Source: Nemertoderma westbladi
Lineage: Eukaryota; Animalia; Xenacoelomorpha
Assembly: GCA_032718475.1 (NCBI GenBank)
Contig: JAUCBJ010007841.1
Coordinates: forward strand, 6,950 to 70,949
Direction: 5' to 3'
DNA length: 64,000 nucleotides
Shown: positions 1-12,233 of the stretch, piece by piece
How positions within the stretch are numbered: the first letter of the stretch is position 1
How the letters are laid out: the number at the start of each line of letters is the position of its first letter
Notes under the pieces: model-generated
Database searches by the model: none
Told to the model about the DNA's origin: nothing
The model's input: the letters and a program-made list of their open reading frames with translations, nothing else
Position numbers and translations under genes: made by a program

Positions 1-807
1 ATAAATAAATATAATTATTAATTATTGGTTTTCAAGCTTCTACTTCAATAATTATTTATTCCGTTGTCATGACATTGCATCTTAGCAAACTATCCTCTTT
101 CTTAAAATGTATTGGCTGATACTAGATTAATCCTTTGCCCATCCTTGGCTGTATCTCGCATTTAGGGTGAGCTTAGCTTATCGATCTGCAACGCAACAAG
201 CCACCTTTATGGGAAGTTAAAATTCATGATGGGGGCTGCAGCGCTGATTGTCGACATTATATTCAACTTATTAACTAATTACCATATCAAAGTCAATCAA
301 AAATGGATTGACATATTATATAAATAGTAATGTGAAATTTAAATTAAAATATGTGCGCTAAAGAATAGCGTATGTAAAGGCTTTTAACAAAACAATGTTC
401 CTTTCGCATTTTCTGTGTGTTGTGTAGGCACTAAAATAATTACTAGAAACGACGTGAAATGAAACTGCCTCTTTATCATAATAACCTTGTCCATTTGTGT
501 CGGTGGTAAGATAAAACGACACGTCTGGTGGAATTCGATGTCTTAAAGAACCACAACAATAAAAATTCGCATAAGTTTTCAGCATTTCGCAGCTTTTTCG
601 CATAAGGTTCAAAGTGTACAAAGAGTTGGTGAATGCTGTGTGGGAGGATGGCCACGGTGTTTCTTTACTTCCAAATATAACGATAAATCTCTGGATATCA
701 CAAAACCAACTCGAATTAAAAGTCCGTCTCTAGCCCTGTTGGATCACATCATAAACATTATCAATATTTATTCTAGTTCTAGGACCCCCCCCCCCCCCCC
801 CCCCACC

Positions 808-2030
808 ATGTTCACGTTTGTACCCGATGTGGTACCATTTGTACTACCCGGGCGCGTGGTCACGTTTGTCCCCGATGTGGTACCATTTGTACTACCCAGG
901 CGCGTGGTCACGTTTTTACCCGATGTGGTACCATTTGTACTACCCGGGCGCGTGGTCACGTTTGTACCCGATGTGGTACCATTTGTACTACCCGGGCGCG
1001 TGGTCACGTTTGTACCCGATGTGGTACCATTTGTACTACCCGGGCGCGTGGTCACGTTTGTACCCGATGTGATACCATTTGTACTACCCGGGCGCGTGGT
1101 CACGTTTGTACCCGATGTGGTACCATTTGTACTACCCGTGCATGTGGTCACGTTTGTACCCGATGTGGTACCATTTGTACTACCCAGGCGCGTGGTCATG
1201 TTTATACACGATGTGGTACCATTTTAATACCCGGGCGCGTGTTCACGTTTGTACCCGATGTGGTACCATTTGTACTACCCGGGCGCGTGGTCACGTTTGT
1301 ACCCGATGGGGTACCATTTGTACTACCCAGGCGCGTGGTCACGTTTGTACCCGATGGGGTACCATTTGTACTACCCGGTCGCGTGGTCACTTGTACCTGA
1401 TGGGGTACCATTTGTACTACCCGGGCGCGTGTCACGTTTGTACCTCATGGGGTACCATTTGTAATACCCAGGCGCGGGTCACGTTTGTACCCCATGGGGT
1501 ACCATTTTAATACCCGGGCGCGTGTTCACGTTTGTACCCGATGTGGTACCATTTGTACTACCCGGGCGCGTGGTCATGTTTATACCCGATGGGGTACCAT
1601 TTTAATACCCGGGCGCGTGTTCACGTTTGTACCCGATGGGGTACCATTTGTACTACCCAGGCGCGTGGTCACGTTTGTACCCGATGGGGTACCATTTGTA
1701 CTACCCGGTCGCGTGGTCACTTGTACCTGATGGGGTACCCAATTTGTACTACCCGGGCGCATGTCACGTTTGTACCTCATGGGGTACCATTTGTAATACC
1801 CAGGCGCGGGTCACGTTTGTACCCCATGGGGTACCATTTTTACTACCCGGTCGCGTGGTCACTTGTACCTGATGGGGTACCATTTGTACTACCCGGGCGC
1901 GGGTCACGTTTGTACCCCATGGGGTACCATTTTTACAACCCGGGCGCGGGTCACATTTGTACCCGATGAGGTACCATTTGTACTACCCGGGCGCGGGTCA
2001 CGTTTGTATGCGATGGGTTGCCATTTTTAC
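808..2030. repeat. GC-rich minisatellite, ~48-bp unit (CACGTTTGTACCCGATGTGGTACCATTTGTACTACCCGGGCGCGTGGT), about 25 copies
   Basis: Tandem unit read directly; the 16-aa periodicity of overlapping ORFs (VTFVPDVVPFVLPGRV) matches 48 bp; begins just after a poly-C tract and degenerates toward the right end. Confidence 0.95.
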
Positions 2031-4599
2031 ATCCGAGTCGCAGTGACCTTTTTGTATCATCTGGACGCGGTGCTACGTAATTCAAATGCAGGACATAAAA
2101 ATCATAATAGTAAAATATTTTCAAATTTGGATCATTCAAACTAATAAGATTCTAATTGTCATTATCATCATCACCTCAAAAATACATGTGCCACTTAACT
2201 ATTAAAATATAAGACAAAGTCGTTCCTTACATATTCCATAATTAGCATTAATAATATACTTTGAATTATATAATAAAATTATAAGTTAAAAAAAAAATAA
2301 TAAATCACAGTCATCTTTAAATTACAATCGAATTACTACCATGTTAATACTATATAGTCTAGTTCTCCTAATCTTCCTATTCTTCTATCGGCTCCTCTTG
2401 TTCTACACATCTACAAGCACTGCTATCGGGCTGCTCTCCAATACCCAATATATTTTTATCTTACGTATAATTGTAATGAGTTTCTATTTGTAATATAATT
2501 GGTCAAAATAAACACTGAATCAAATATCCCACGCACAGGCTGAAACTGAATGGGTCTAAACGTAGAGAGCGTCAAAAAAGCAGACAATGCTTCATCGCAG
2601 TTTTACTCAACGCTCAACCAATCAGTCGGAAATAGGCAGAGAGCAGATTGATGCTGTAGAATGGCTATCAATTAATTTGCTACCCGAAGAAAAGAGACTT
2701 CAACCAACTTCAACTAAAAGTAGAAACTGTAGCTGATCGCTTGGGTGATCAGCTGGGTGATCGCCACACATAATAACCATACATATCATTACATAATATT
2801 CTGTAAGTTTTTATACGTTCTATCTAAATCAAATATTACTGTAATATAATTACTGATAAACACCACAATACAACAATACAAATGTATACGGTGGGGTGTT
2901 AAGGCTTAAAATACGTTATCTATGGCCACGCGAAGACAAAAAAGTAAACACGACATACAGTGATGTAATTAGTAATATGTGACAGCCCCTAGAGTAAATT
3001 ACGACGTTACAATAAAATCTTCAAGAAAATCTATGGGAAATCCCAGTAGGTCAATGTTATTACGTTTTATTTGTAAAATTTCAGCACAAAGACTAAACCT
3101 TCCACTCATTATAATAGTCTAATGGCACATACGACTGGCGACTTGTTATATAAATTGTCTATAATTACAAAAATTTACAATGTTCCGGAGATTAAGTCGA
3201 TTTGTGGAAGCACAACCATTAAGACAAAGATCACTAAGGAAACCAATAATACCGTGTTTCGGTGAATTAAGAGTTGAGGCAATAAAATATATAAACCGAG
3301 AAACTAACATTAACATCATATCTAAAAATGGCACTAAATGTTAAAATAATTTTCGCTTTACAAAGTGCTAAAGAGTGCTAAAGGGCGTCAGAAATTCGAG
3401 AAGAATATAACTCGAAAAGGAACATCAAAACGGGCATAGAAAATAGAAAAAGGTATGACAAGCGCAAACACTCATAATTTTCGGATTAATTATTTATTTT
3501 TTCAATTATCGTTTCGTATATGACGTTCAATATTTGTCTTGTTAAAGCAAATATCTGCTAGTAGATTGACAAGAGAGGAGGCTGGTTAATTATTAATTAC
3601 TCATTTCAGCATACAATCCAAAGGGAATAATACTGAATATTAATGAAGTTGTTTTATATGGGTGTTTGTGGTGTAATTGACTGCTACTCTATATTCACTT
3701 GCTCTATAGAGCAAAGGGGTTCTCATAATTAATTGCTATTTAAGTTTACCAATTTAATTTATAAACATTTATTTATAATAAATATTAATGAAGACCGTTT
3801 TCAACAGAATGATGTAGGCCTACCATACTAAATTTATTTCACAAAAATGGCGTGATGAGATGAGAGGGTTGAAGGAGAATTGTTCTTATGAAAGTGAGAA
3901 AGTGACATGAAGCTAAAAATCCCCAAAACGATGTGAAAACAGATTATATTTTATAATAAGATATAAAAAATAAAAAAATAAAAAAATTAACGAGTTTTAA
4001 TCCATTTTATCTGTTGGTGATACTAGCAATGCGGTCCTCAAAGTCCGTAAAAGGAAATGTTTGAAAGAAGTTTAATAAACTAAAGCTCTGCTCTGCTCTG
4101 CAAAGTAAAGCTAATATTGTGGGAAAATCTCAAGGGAACGATTATGTGTAATGAGTGGATTTACGATAAGCCCTAAGAGCTAAATAATGTTGCTAAATGT
4201 TGGTTGGTGATTGGGGGAAGGACATATTTCATGGATGCCCCAGTCTAATTAATTATGGTCAAATTGGTTGTAATCAGTTGGTTTGGGGAAGGGATGGGTG
4301 AACTAGGATGGGATCAGGTGTAATTATTAAAATTCATTTATCAGACACACCGACCAAACCAGCGTTCATATTATACTTGTTAATTTCCGTGTAAGCACCC
4401 CTCCCACCCCTACCCACCCGCATGTAATGTTCTTTTATCCCCCTTTGCTATACTAACATTTTATCTCAAAATTATTGCTTATTGATTGCCGTTTATGGTA
4501 AAAGTAATTCCGATTGTATATCTTATCTTACTAGTTTTATGGTTCTACTAGTTAATAGTTATCCGCTAACGCATTTACATGACTTAATAGTCCATCCAT

Positions 4600-5560
4600 C
4601 GATTGAATGTTGTCACGATCGATCTTCTTATTGTCTTATTGGTCCATCTTTACATTCAGACGCGTTCTGCTATTCCCCAACAATGGAAGCATCTTTCACA
4701 AAGCTGGATAACTGCTGCTAAGCTATCCCCAATGTCTCTCTTAGTAAACCACGATCATCAGCAAAGTCAAGATCTGTTAGATGTTCTGTTGGGGACCCAC
4801 AACTACGGCTACCTGAAGGTGGAGATATTTCCACCCCATCAGCATTGTGATATATCGAGATATCGAGAATGTGTCTGTGTCTCCATCGGTAGTGGATACG
4901 AAGGTTGTGGAACAGTCCGAACTGATCTGATTGCATTAATATTGCACAATTCTATTGGGTATCCCAATATTCCTTCTTATTGGGTATGCGTTAGCGTGAT
5001 ATAGAATTTAAGGCCTTGAAGAAATCCACAAATATGACAGCCAAACGTCTGTCTTTCTTTGTAGACACTTCATCAATAATCTTTCTAGCTTCTAAATGAC
5101 AGAAATGGCACAAATGTAGGCTCTAATATGGGTGATGCGCGGCTATTGGCATTCCAGATAAGAGGGTGGTTCTCTTGGCGCAATCATAATTAAACAATCT
5201 TCAGGATTAAATCAACTCCGCATAATATGTTTACTCTTATGAGTATCATGAATGCTTGTGATAGCAAAAGAATCAGCAACATGAGCTACTTGTGTTGTGT
5301 TCCTATTATCGTTACCCTCCAAAAGGCCAATGTCTCTAAGGCTGATATCGCATAGTAGGTCCCGTCCCTAATTAAAGATTGTGAACGGGCTGGTCACTGC
5401 TAAAGTAATGTCCTACAAAGCGAAGGCGGCTCAGTTAAAGTGTTAAGCATGCGACATACGGGTGAGGGAGCTAATGAAACACCTCCAATGTTGCAGTGTC
5501 TGATTTTAGATGTGTTCATTGTACTTTAGACAATGAACCCGGCGTAACATTCTTGTATAA
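4600..5560 (-). mobile_element. Degenerate RTE-like non-LTR retrotransposon RT fragment
   Basis: Minus-strand translation gives IFVDFFKALNSI and SPTEHLTDLDFADDRGLL (RT catalytic motif), homologous to the copy at 35285-35347; many stops and frameshifts. Confidence 0.8.
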
Positions 5561-6804
5561 GTGCCATGCAGAATGCGGATGGCAAACTGATGCACCGGAT
5601 AACAAACTAGAAGGTAGCCTACTGTGTGGGTTGCATCACAAACATAAATCACAGTTCAAGGTAGTATTACAACAATACAACACACGTGTATGGCTGTCCA
5701 AATCGGTTTGGGAAGCAAATCCGCTTGCTTTCATTTGCTGGATAGATAACGATTCCGAAAGATGATTGGGTGGTTTGAAGCTGAAAACAAAATGAGTGCG
5801 AGGTGTTTATATATAATATTGCGTCTATGCTGAGTCCAAATTATTTTCCTTCACAGTTTCATATTTTATAAAAATTATTTTATCAAGAATCTGAAGCAAG
5901 TGGACATTCGTGCAGGTAAGTTCTAATCGGAAACATTCTAGTAAGATCCGAATTACAGTTCAATTAATATGTTCAAATATGGTGATGACAAACTACTTCG
6001 AGTTGTTCAATCGGTACCTTATTATATAAAACATCAGATTTCAACTACTAGCTTTCAAAGTTTCAAATAACTATGACCCTCAAATCAAATTTCTCTTTCT
6101 CTCAAATAATAATGTCATAGGCATTCAGAGCATACTATATCTCCTGAGCATAGCTCCGTAGGTTTTTATAAATTCAAGTGTGTTTCTATTAATCCAATGT
6201 TGAAAGCCCTTGTGCAAGCTGCCCATCACGCTTTACAATCCTTAAAGGATTTATTTGCACATTTAGTTTGTACGATACGATATATTTTCTTGACCTTTGT
6301 TCGATTTTATGCAACACAAATTAGGATTTTAGCTTTGTTTGTTCAAGTTTGTTACATTTGTTACAATCATCTATCATCCGTTATTTATCCCATTATCCCA
6401 TTATTCCATTATCCCATTATTCCTTTATCCCATACAAAATACATGAAATTAAAGTTGGGGTTTTCTTTCTAATCGCCCAATAGCGGTTCTGGTTATTCCA
6501 ATTTATTCAATGCTGAAATTAAAACACAATTCTGGAACTCCATAACATCCACGTACTTGGTTGTCTTCACAAAATTAAAATCGCTTAGAATTTCATCTAT
6601 TCCAACGTTGGAAACACATTGGGACTCCTTATTTACTAAGTGTGAAGCATAGAAACTACCATTAATTCTTAAAAGACACCTTTCTTGAAGATGCGGATAA
6701 ATTCGATTAAATGTAATAGGGTTGTGGCAGCGCAATTTTGTTGAGACTGCGGCATAGCATTTTTGTTTATTTGTGTACTATATATATGTATCAGATAGTT
6801 ATAA

Positions 6805-7070
6805 TTTTTTGTTGGGTACAGCTTTTGCAAAGTAGGCAGGTGGGATCGAACTGGTGACCTCCGGGTTGGAAGTCTGACGCTCTAACCATTCAGCTAGCGG
6901 CTCAGGTAAAAGATAGACCTGGAAATACTATCTGATACCTTGTAGGTCCGCAATTTACCTCCTCATGGCCTCCCATCTGTCATACCATCATCTGCTGCCA
7001 ATGTGTTCAAACCAACAGTACTTGGCCGTTTTTATCCACTCGCTACAATGAAAGGGTAGTGTATATTAAC
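6805..7070 (-). mobile_element. tRNA-related SINE-like repeat, family A, copy 1
   Basis: Reverse complement of 7182-7458; contains a tRNA-like module with A box (TAGCTGAATGG) and B box (GTTCGATCC). Confidence 0.8.
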
Positions 7071-7181
7071 CATGCACCACTACGGCCACAATGATTAATT
7101 ACACACTCTAACTACAAATTTAGGTAAGACAGTTACACCCAAAGAGAATTGCGACTGGTATATTTATAATATATTATTGGT

Positions 7182-7458
7182 GTTATATACACTACCCTTT
7201 CATTGTTGCGAGTGGTTAAAGACGGCCAAGTACTGTAGGGTTGAGCACAGTGGCATCATATGATGGTATTGACAGTTGGGAGGCGATGAGGAGGTAAATT
7301 GCGGGGACCTACAAGGTATCAGATAACATTTCCAGGTCTATAATTTACCTGAGCCGCTAGCTGAATGGTTAGAGCGTCAGACTTCCAACCCGGAGGTCAC
7401 CAGTTCGATCCCACCTGGACGTCATTGCCGACTTTGCAAAAGCTGTGCCCAACAAAAA
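7182..7458 (+). mobile_element. tRNA-related SINE-like repeat, family A, copy 2 (tRNA-like module 7351-7418)
   Basis: GAGCCGCTAGCTGAATGGTTAGAGCGTCAGACTTCCAACCCGGAGGTCACCAGTTCGATCCC; four homologous copies in the window. Confidence 0.8.
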
Positions 7459-7771
7459 GTCATTATAATAGTGGCGCACATAGTGGCGCAATTGAAAAGT
7501 TTTTTTGTTTATTGTTTTGAGTATAAAATACCGACACTGTAACCGGCGCCTTTCCCTTTTTATTTTAAATTAATTCAAATTATGTTTTTATTCTCACTAA
7601 ATGCATATTTGATATATTTGTGATATTAGCGCATTAACTCATGTATTGGCCTATATATAATGCAGCTACATAGCACGGCTTGGTTTGGGGGAGGGGAGGG
7701 GGTCATTATATCTCAGCCTGGATCTTTAACAACAGTCAGGAAATTTCGATGACGAACTTGGGGAAAATTAG

Positions 7772-8725
7772 ATGCGAACTTTGTTCCAATATATGCGAAC
7801 TTTGTTCCAATAGTTGCGAACTTTGTTCCAATAGATGCGAACGTTGTTCCAATCAACTAAAATGATATTTTTAAAATTACCTTTGATATTTCAACAACAA
7901 CAAAAAATATGTATAAACCGATAAACTGGTTACGATTCGCGAATCGTTACTGCATACTATTGAGTAATTTATTGCGGTAGAGGTGTTAAATAATAAAGTT
8001 TTGGCAGTCAGAAAGCATTGGGTACTTTTAGAAAGATGAGGAACTCGTCCGTGCTAATTGGCCAGTTAAACAGACTGACAGAAATCAACCTGGGGCAATA
8101 TTAAACTGCAGCTGTCTACCACTACTGTCTCTTCTTAATTAATAAAGATGCTGTGAGGGTCTAGCAATTTACAAATAGGTACTTTCAGACTTCACCTGTG
8201 TGATAAGCCAAGATAAGATGATACGGACGGAACTTTCCAATTATATTTAATGAGCAACCGACACCGTAGTCTCTACACCATACGTCTCATCTCACACTAT
8301 AGGCCTAATCTAATAAGTTCAAAATAATAAGTTTCGATTAATAATCGTTATATCTTATTGTTATTCGGGTATTCTTATAATAGTCATTAATAACTTAGGG
8401 GTTGGGGTTCATTGGAAAAAAGTTCGCATCCTATTGGAACAAAGTTAGCAACTATTCGAACAAAGTTCACAACCATTGGAACAAAGTTCGCAACCTATTG
8501 GAACAGAGTTCGCAACCTATTGGAACAAAGTTCGCAACTATTCGAACAAAGTTCGCAACCTATTGGAACAGAGTTCGCAACCTATTGGAACAAAGTTCGC
8601 AACTATTCGAACAAAGTTCACAACCATTGGAACAAAGTTCGCAACCTATTGGAACAGAGTTCGCAACCTATTGGAACAAAGTTCGCAACTATTCGAACAA
8701 AGTTCACAACCATTGGAACAAAGTT
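7772..8725. repeat. Inverted arrays of a 21-22-bp unit (GCGAACTTTGTTCCAATAGTT): 4 copies at 7772-7853 and ~14 reverse-complement copies at 8411-8725; fold-back-like element
   Basis: Units read directly on both strands, separated by ~560 bp of unique AT-rich DNA. Confidence 0.8.
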
Positions 8726-9260
8726 CTCAAAGGTAGGTTTTGGAACAATGTACCGTACACATGGTTTGAGGTGATTTCACTGTACTTTACCCAATGAACG
8801 CGGCATATCATTTGTGTGTATGTTCCACCCATAGTTGGTTTATTCCACAGTTAGAGCCCAACATGGACCCAATTAGGGTACTGGTTCTACTGGGTCTCCT
8901 GGGATTTATTAATTTGCAATGTAATTTGGATTTTTTTTAATCACACAAACATCTCCCTTGTTACTACACCATGTCCCAGAATATAGTGTCGTAATTCAGT
9001 GAAACCCCCCCCCCCCCCCCCCCCTAATTTTTTTTACAAATCTTAATGAGATTGCATGAAATTTGAAACAGAGATAGTTTCACCTCCCGACCACTGACTG
9101 GGTGAGCCAGAATTTTTATTTTTGCTTTCAATCTTTAGCTACAAGCGTTTAAAAAAAGTGTCTCCAGCGATATTACACCAGTTACACCGCAGTTTTTTCT
9201 TTAATCTTATAGTGATTTGTTGGTACTGATAGAAAGCTGACCATGCAAGGAATCCAAATA

Positions 9261-9383
9261 TGTAACACAATTTGAATTTCGTTGAAAAATAGCGGAGATA
9301 TGGGCGTTCAAATTTTGCATGGTTATGCACCTGCGCGAGGCTATTTTATTCTATTTAATAAATGCATCATAATCTGGAATATT
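9261..9383 (+). repeat. Left arm of ~120-bp inverted repeat flanking the cold-shock-domain ORF
   Basis: TGTAACACAATTTGAATTTCGTTGAAAAATAGCGGAGATATGGGCGTTCAAAT... aligns with the reverse complement of 12111-12233 with scattered mismatches. Confidence 0.85.
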
Positions 9384-9594
9384 TTGTTTATCCAAATACG
9401 TAGCTGGGCAACAATGCATTACATCTTTAATCATACTATTTTGAGGTAACAATTTATTGACTTATAACAACTAAGGTATTACAAAGAACATCGAATTTAA
9501 TTTTAATTTTAATTTAATTTAATTTAACATTATTTTCCTTAAGAAAATTTAGATTACTCATGTCCACGTATCGTATATGACTCTGCTTTTCCAT

Positions 9595-11685
9595 TTATAT
9601 CACCCGCACCCATGTAGCTATCCTTTGTTTTTTTATTTCGTCAAATCGGAATCGAAATTGAACTGTTTTCCTTCCATTCGTTCTCTCTTCATTTTTAATT
9701 TTTTCAGTCATTTCACGACTAACTAATATTATGTAACATCGGCACAGTTCCTTCTCATCAATTTTCGGAATTATAGATGCATAATATTCTGCTTCGTAAT
9801 TGAATAAGGTACTACAGTACATGCCAGTATATGTTCTTTCCGCATACAACGTATGAGCATCTTCAATATTGTGTAGTTTGTTTTCTTCAATAACAGTTGC
9901 GTTCCTGTTTATCATCCTTGCGGCCCTGCATTTAAAGTCTCCCTCCACGGTAACCACTAAGGCTTCTGCTTCTTCTTCACTGATCTGTAATGCTAATCTG
10001 TAAGCTTCTCGGATCTGGAATCTAACGAAATCATCATTTTTCAGCTTCTTTTGGTGTCCATTAATATGCATGTTAGAAGGCACAGTAAATAAAGAATAAC
10101 AATTGCAAAGTTGCAATTCGCTTATTATCGGTACAGTAAACCAATAACTATTACTCGAAACTAATTTAACTTGTCCTGTGTGTGTTTTACCATCCTCTAT
10201 CATATCATACTTATCTGTTTGTATTTGTACACGTTTGGTTTCTCCATCTTGGTTAAGGTTAATATTTTTAGCTACCTCACATGAATCATCATCCTCTATT
10301 GTAACACATGTGGCCTTTCGACTACCTACTATATTATTATAACAATACTGGAATAGAAGCTTTCTGTCTTGAATAGACTGGATCTGGCGTCTCTTACTAA
10401 CATGGATGTTACTTTCACAAAAGGATACCTTGTGGCAATGACAAAGTTCCATGTTATTTTTTTTATCGAATGGAACTATATACCCATGTTTATATTCATC
10501 ATTATAGTATGTACAACGGCCGGTATAAGTTATGGTCTCCTCTATGTTTGGAAGTTTATATCTATTTGAGCCGCAATCAGTACATCCTGGAACACTAACC
10601 CATGTTGCTCCATAAACATTTTTGTCATTTCTATCTTTTCTAATTTCGCATTGAAATATAACAGCGTCACCCTCCTTCAGAATCTTCTTGTATCCATCAA
10701 TATGGACTTTTGACTTTAAAAAGTGTACAGATTCCTTACCGATATCCGGGCCTATGTACCCATGTTGTTCGTCAACACTAAAATAATTACACCGTCCCTG
10801 GTATGTTTTGTTCACTTCCAATATGTCTCTCTGTAGTGGACCCCATTGAATTGGTGGAACTTCTGTTTGCATAATAAGTGCGTTTGGTTGTGATTGGGTG
10901 GGGGTTTGAAGCAGTCCCGGTTGGATAGTGATAGGGTATATTGGCAACAGGGCCCTCGGTTGGAGAGTTGGAAAAACCCCTGGTGGCTTATATGAACGGG
11001 GGAGATATAATCCCTCCTGGTTGCATATAGGTAGTTGGAAGCTCCCCATGTTGCATAACTGTAGTTGGGGCTCACGAGATTGCATGAGAGGAGTGGGAGG
11101 CTCTCGTGGTTGAATAACTGGTGTTTGAAGCAATCCCGATTGCATGAAGGGAGATAGAAGCCCTCCTGGAAGTATAAAGGGAGCTGGTGGCTCTCGCTCT
11201 CTTGGTTGCATATATGGGGTTGGTAGCTCTGCTGGTTGCATATATGGGGTTGGTAGCTCTGCTGGTTGCATATATGGGGTTGGTAGCTCTGCTGGTTGCA
11301 TATATGGGGTTGGTAGCTCTGCTGGTTGCATATATGGGGTTGGTAGCTCTGCTGGTTGTATATAGGTAGTTGGACGCTCTTCCGGTTGCATAGCGGGAGT
11401 TGGAAGCCATCCAGATTGGATGAGGTGAGTTCGATGCTCTCGTGGTTGTATAAGGGGACCTGGTGGCCCTCGCTCTCTTGGTTGCATATATGGGGTTGGA
11501 AGCTCTGCTGGTTGCATATATGGGGTTGGTAGCTCTGCTTGTGGTATATAGGTAGTTGGAGGCTCTGTTGGTTGCATGAGGGGAGTTAGAATCCCTCCTC
11601 GTTGCATATAGGGAGAGGGAGTTGGATGCTCTTCCGGTTGCATAGCGGGAGCTGGTGGCTCTCGCTTTCGCTCTCTTTGTTGCAT
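9595..11685 (-). CDS. Intronless protein: N-terminal Pro/Gln-rich 10-aa repeats (MQPAELPTPY) followed by four divergent cold-shock (OB-fold)-like domains
   Basis: 712-aa open frame (first in-frame ATG at 11685). Domain 1 YQGRCNYFSVDEQHGYIGPDIGKESVHFLKSKVHIDGYKKILKEGDAVIF follows the CSD pattern; three further T-Y/H-T-G...F...A-x-x-V repeats follow. Confidence 0.75.
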   Translation of the reverse strand: MQQRERKREPPAPAMQPEEHPTPSPYMQRGGILTPLMQPTEPPTTYIPQAELPTPYMQPAELPTPYMQPRERGPPGPLIQPREHRTHLIQSGWLPTPAMQPEERPTTYIQPAELPTPYMQPAELPTPYMQPAELPTPYMQPAELPTPYMQPAELPTPYMQPREREPPAPFILPGGLLSPFMQSGLLQTPVIQPREPPTPLMQSREPQLQLCNMGSFQLPICNQEGLYLPRSYKPPGVFPTLQPRALLPIYPITIQPGLLQTPTQSQPNALIMQTEVPPIQWGPLQRDILEVNKTYQGRCNYFSVDEQHGYIGPDIGKESVHFLKSKVHIDGYKKILKEGDAVIFQCEIRKDRNDKNVYGATWVSVPGCTDCGSNRYKLPNIEETITYTGRCTYYNDEYKHGYIVPFDKKNNMELCHCHKVSFCESNIHVSKRRQIQSIQDRKLLFQYCYNNIVGSRKATCVTIEDDDSCEVAKNINLNQDGETKRVQIQTDKYDMIEDGKTHTGQVKLVSSNSYWFTVPIISELQLCNCYSLFTVPSNMHINGHQKKLKNDDFVRFQIREAYRLALQISEEEAEALVVTVEGDFKCRAARMINRNATVIEENKLHNIEDAHTLYAERTYTGMYCSTLFNYEAEYYASIIPKIDEKELCRCYIILVSREMTEKIKNEERTNGRKTVQFRFRFDEIKKQRIATWVRVI

Positions 11686-12110
11686 ATATGGGATTGGGGG
11701 GCCTCCTGGCTGCAAGAGGGGAATTTGAGGCACATCTCTTGGTATGATGACAATGTCTGGTAGGTCGTAGCACTGGCGAGTTAATGTGATTCTGTCTTAC
11801 AGATTGTGCTTCTGTGCTAAGAACGGTTGACTTTTGACAGCTTTATGAAATCAAGTAGCGCATCTTTGAAGTTTGTGTCAATTTCACAATTCCTCCAGCT
11901 GACTGACTAATTACGAGCAGTAAGTACTTAGTGAAACATAGTTCTTTAATTAATGTATTCCTTATATTTGAATGTGTTATTTATAATATTTACACTACCA
12001 TCAAATAGAAACTACCTTTTCTAAGAAAACTAAATAATTTTTAAATAATTTAGTAGCTAATAGTATAATAGTAATTAATAGTAATTAAGAAGCTATTCAT
12101 ACATTTAAAA

Positions 12111-12233
12111 AATGTTCCAGAATATGGTTTATTTATTAAATAGAATAAAATAGCCTCACGCCGGTGCAAAACCATGCAACATTTGAACGCTCATATCTCA
12201 GCTATTTTTCAACGAAAATCAAATTGTGTTACA
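12111..12233 (-). repeat. Right arm of ~120-bp inverted repeat flanking the cold-shock-domain ORF
   Basis: Reverse complement of 9261-9383; homology stops abruptly after 12233. Confidence 0.85.

Noticed and set aside
640-2144. Many overlapping repetitive ORFs
   Set aside because: They are translations of the 48-bp minisatellite in several frames, with no coding evidence
7351-7420. Possible tRNA-Gly(TCC) gene
   Set aside because: Acceptor, anticodon and T stems do not pair properly; it sits within a dispersed repeat, so it is SINE-like
8402-8797. Repeat-containing ORFs / CRISPR-like array
   Set aside because: Tandem 21-22-bp units without unique spacers, in a eukaryotic context with no cas genes
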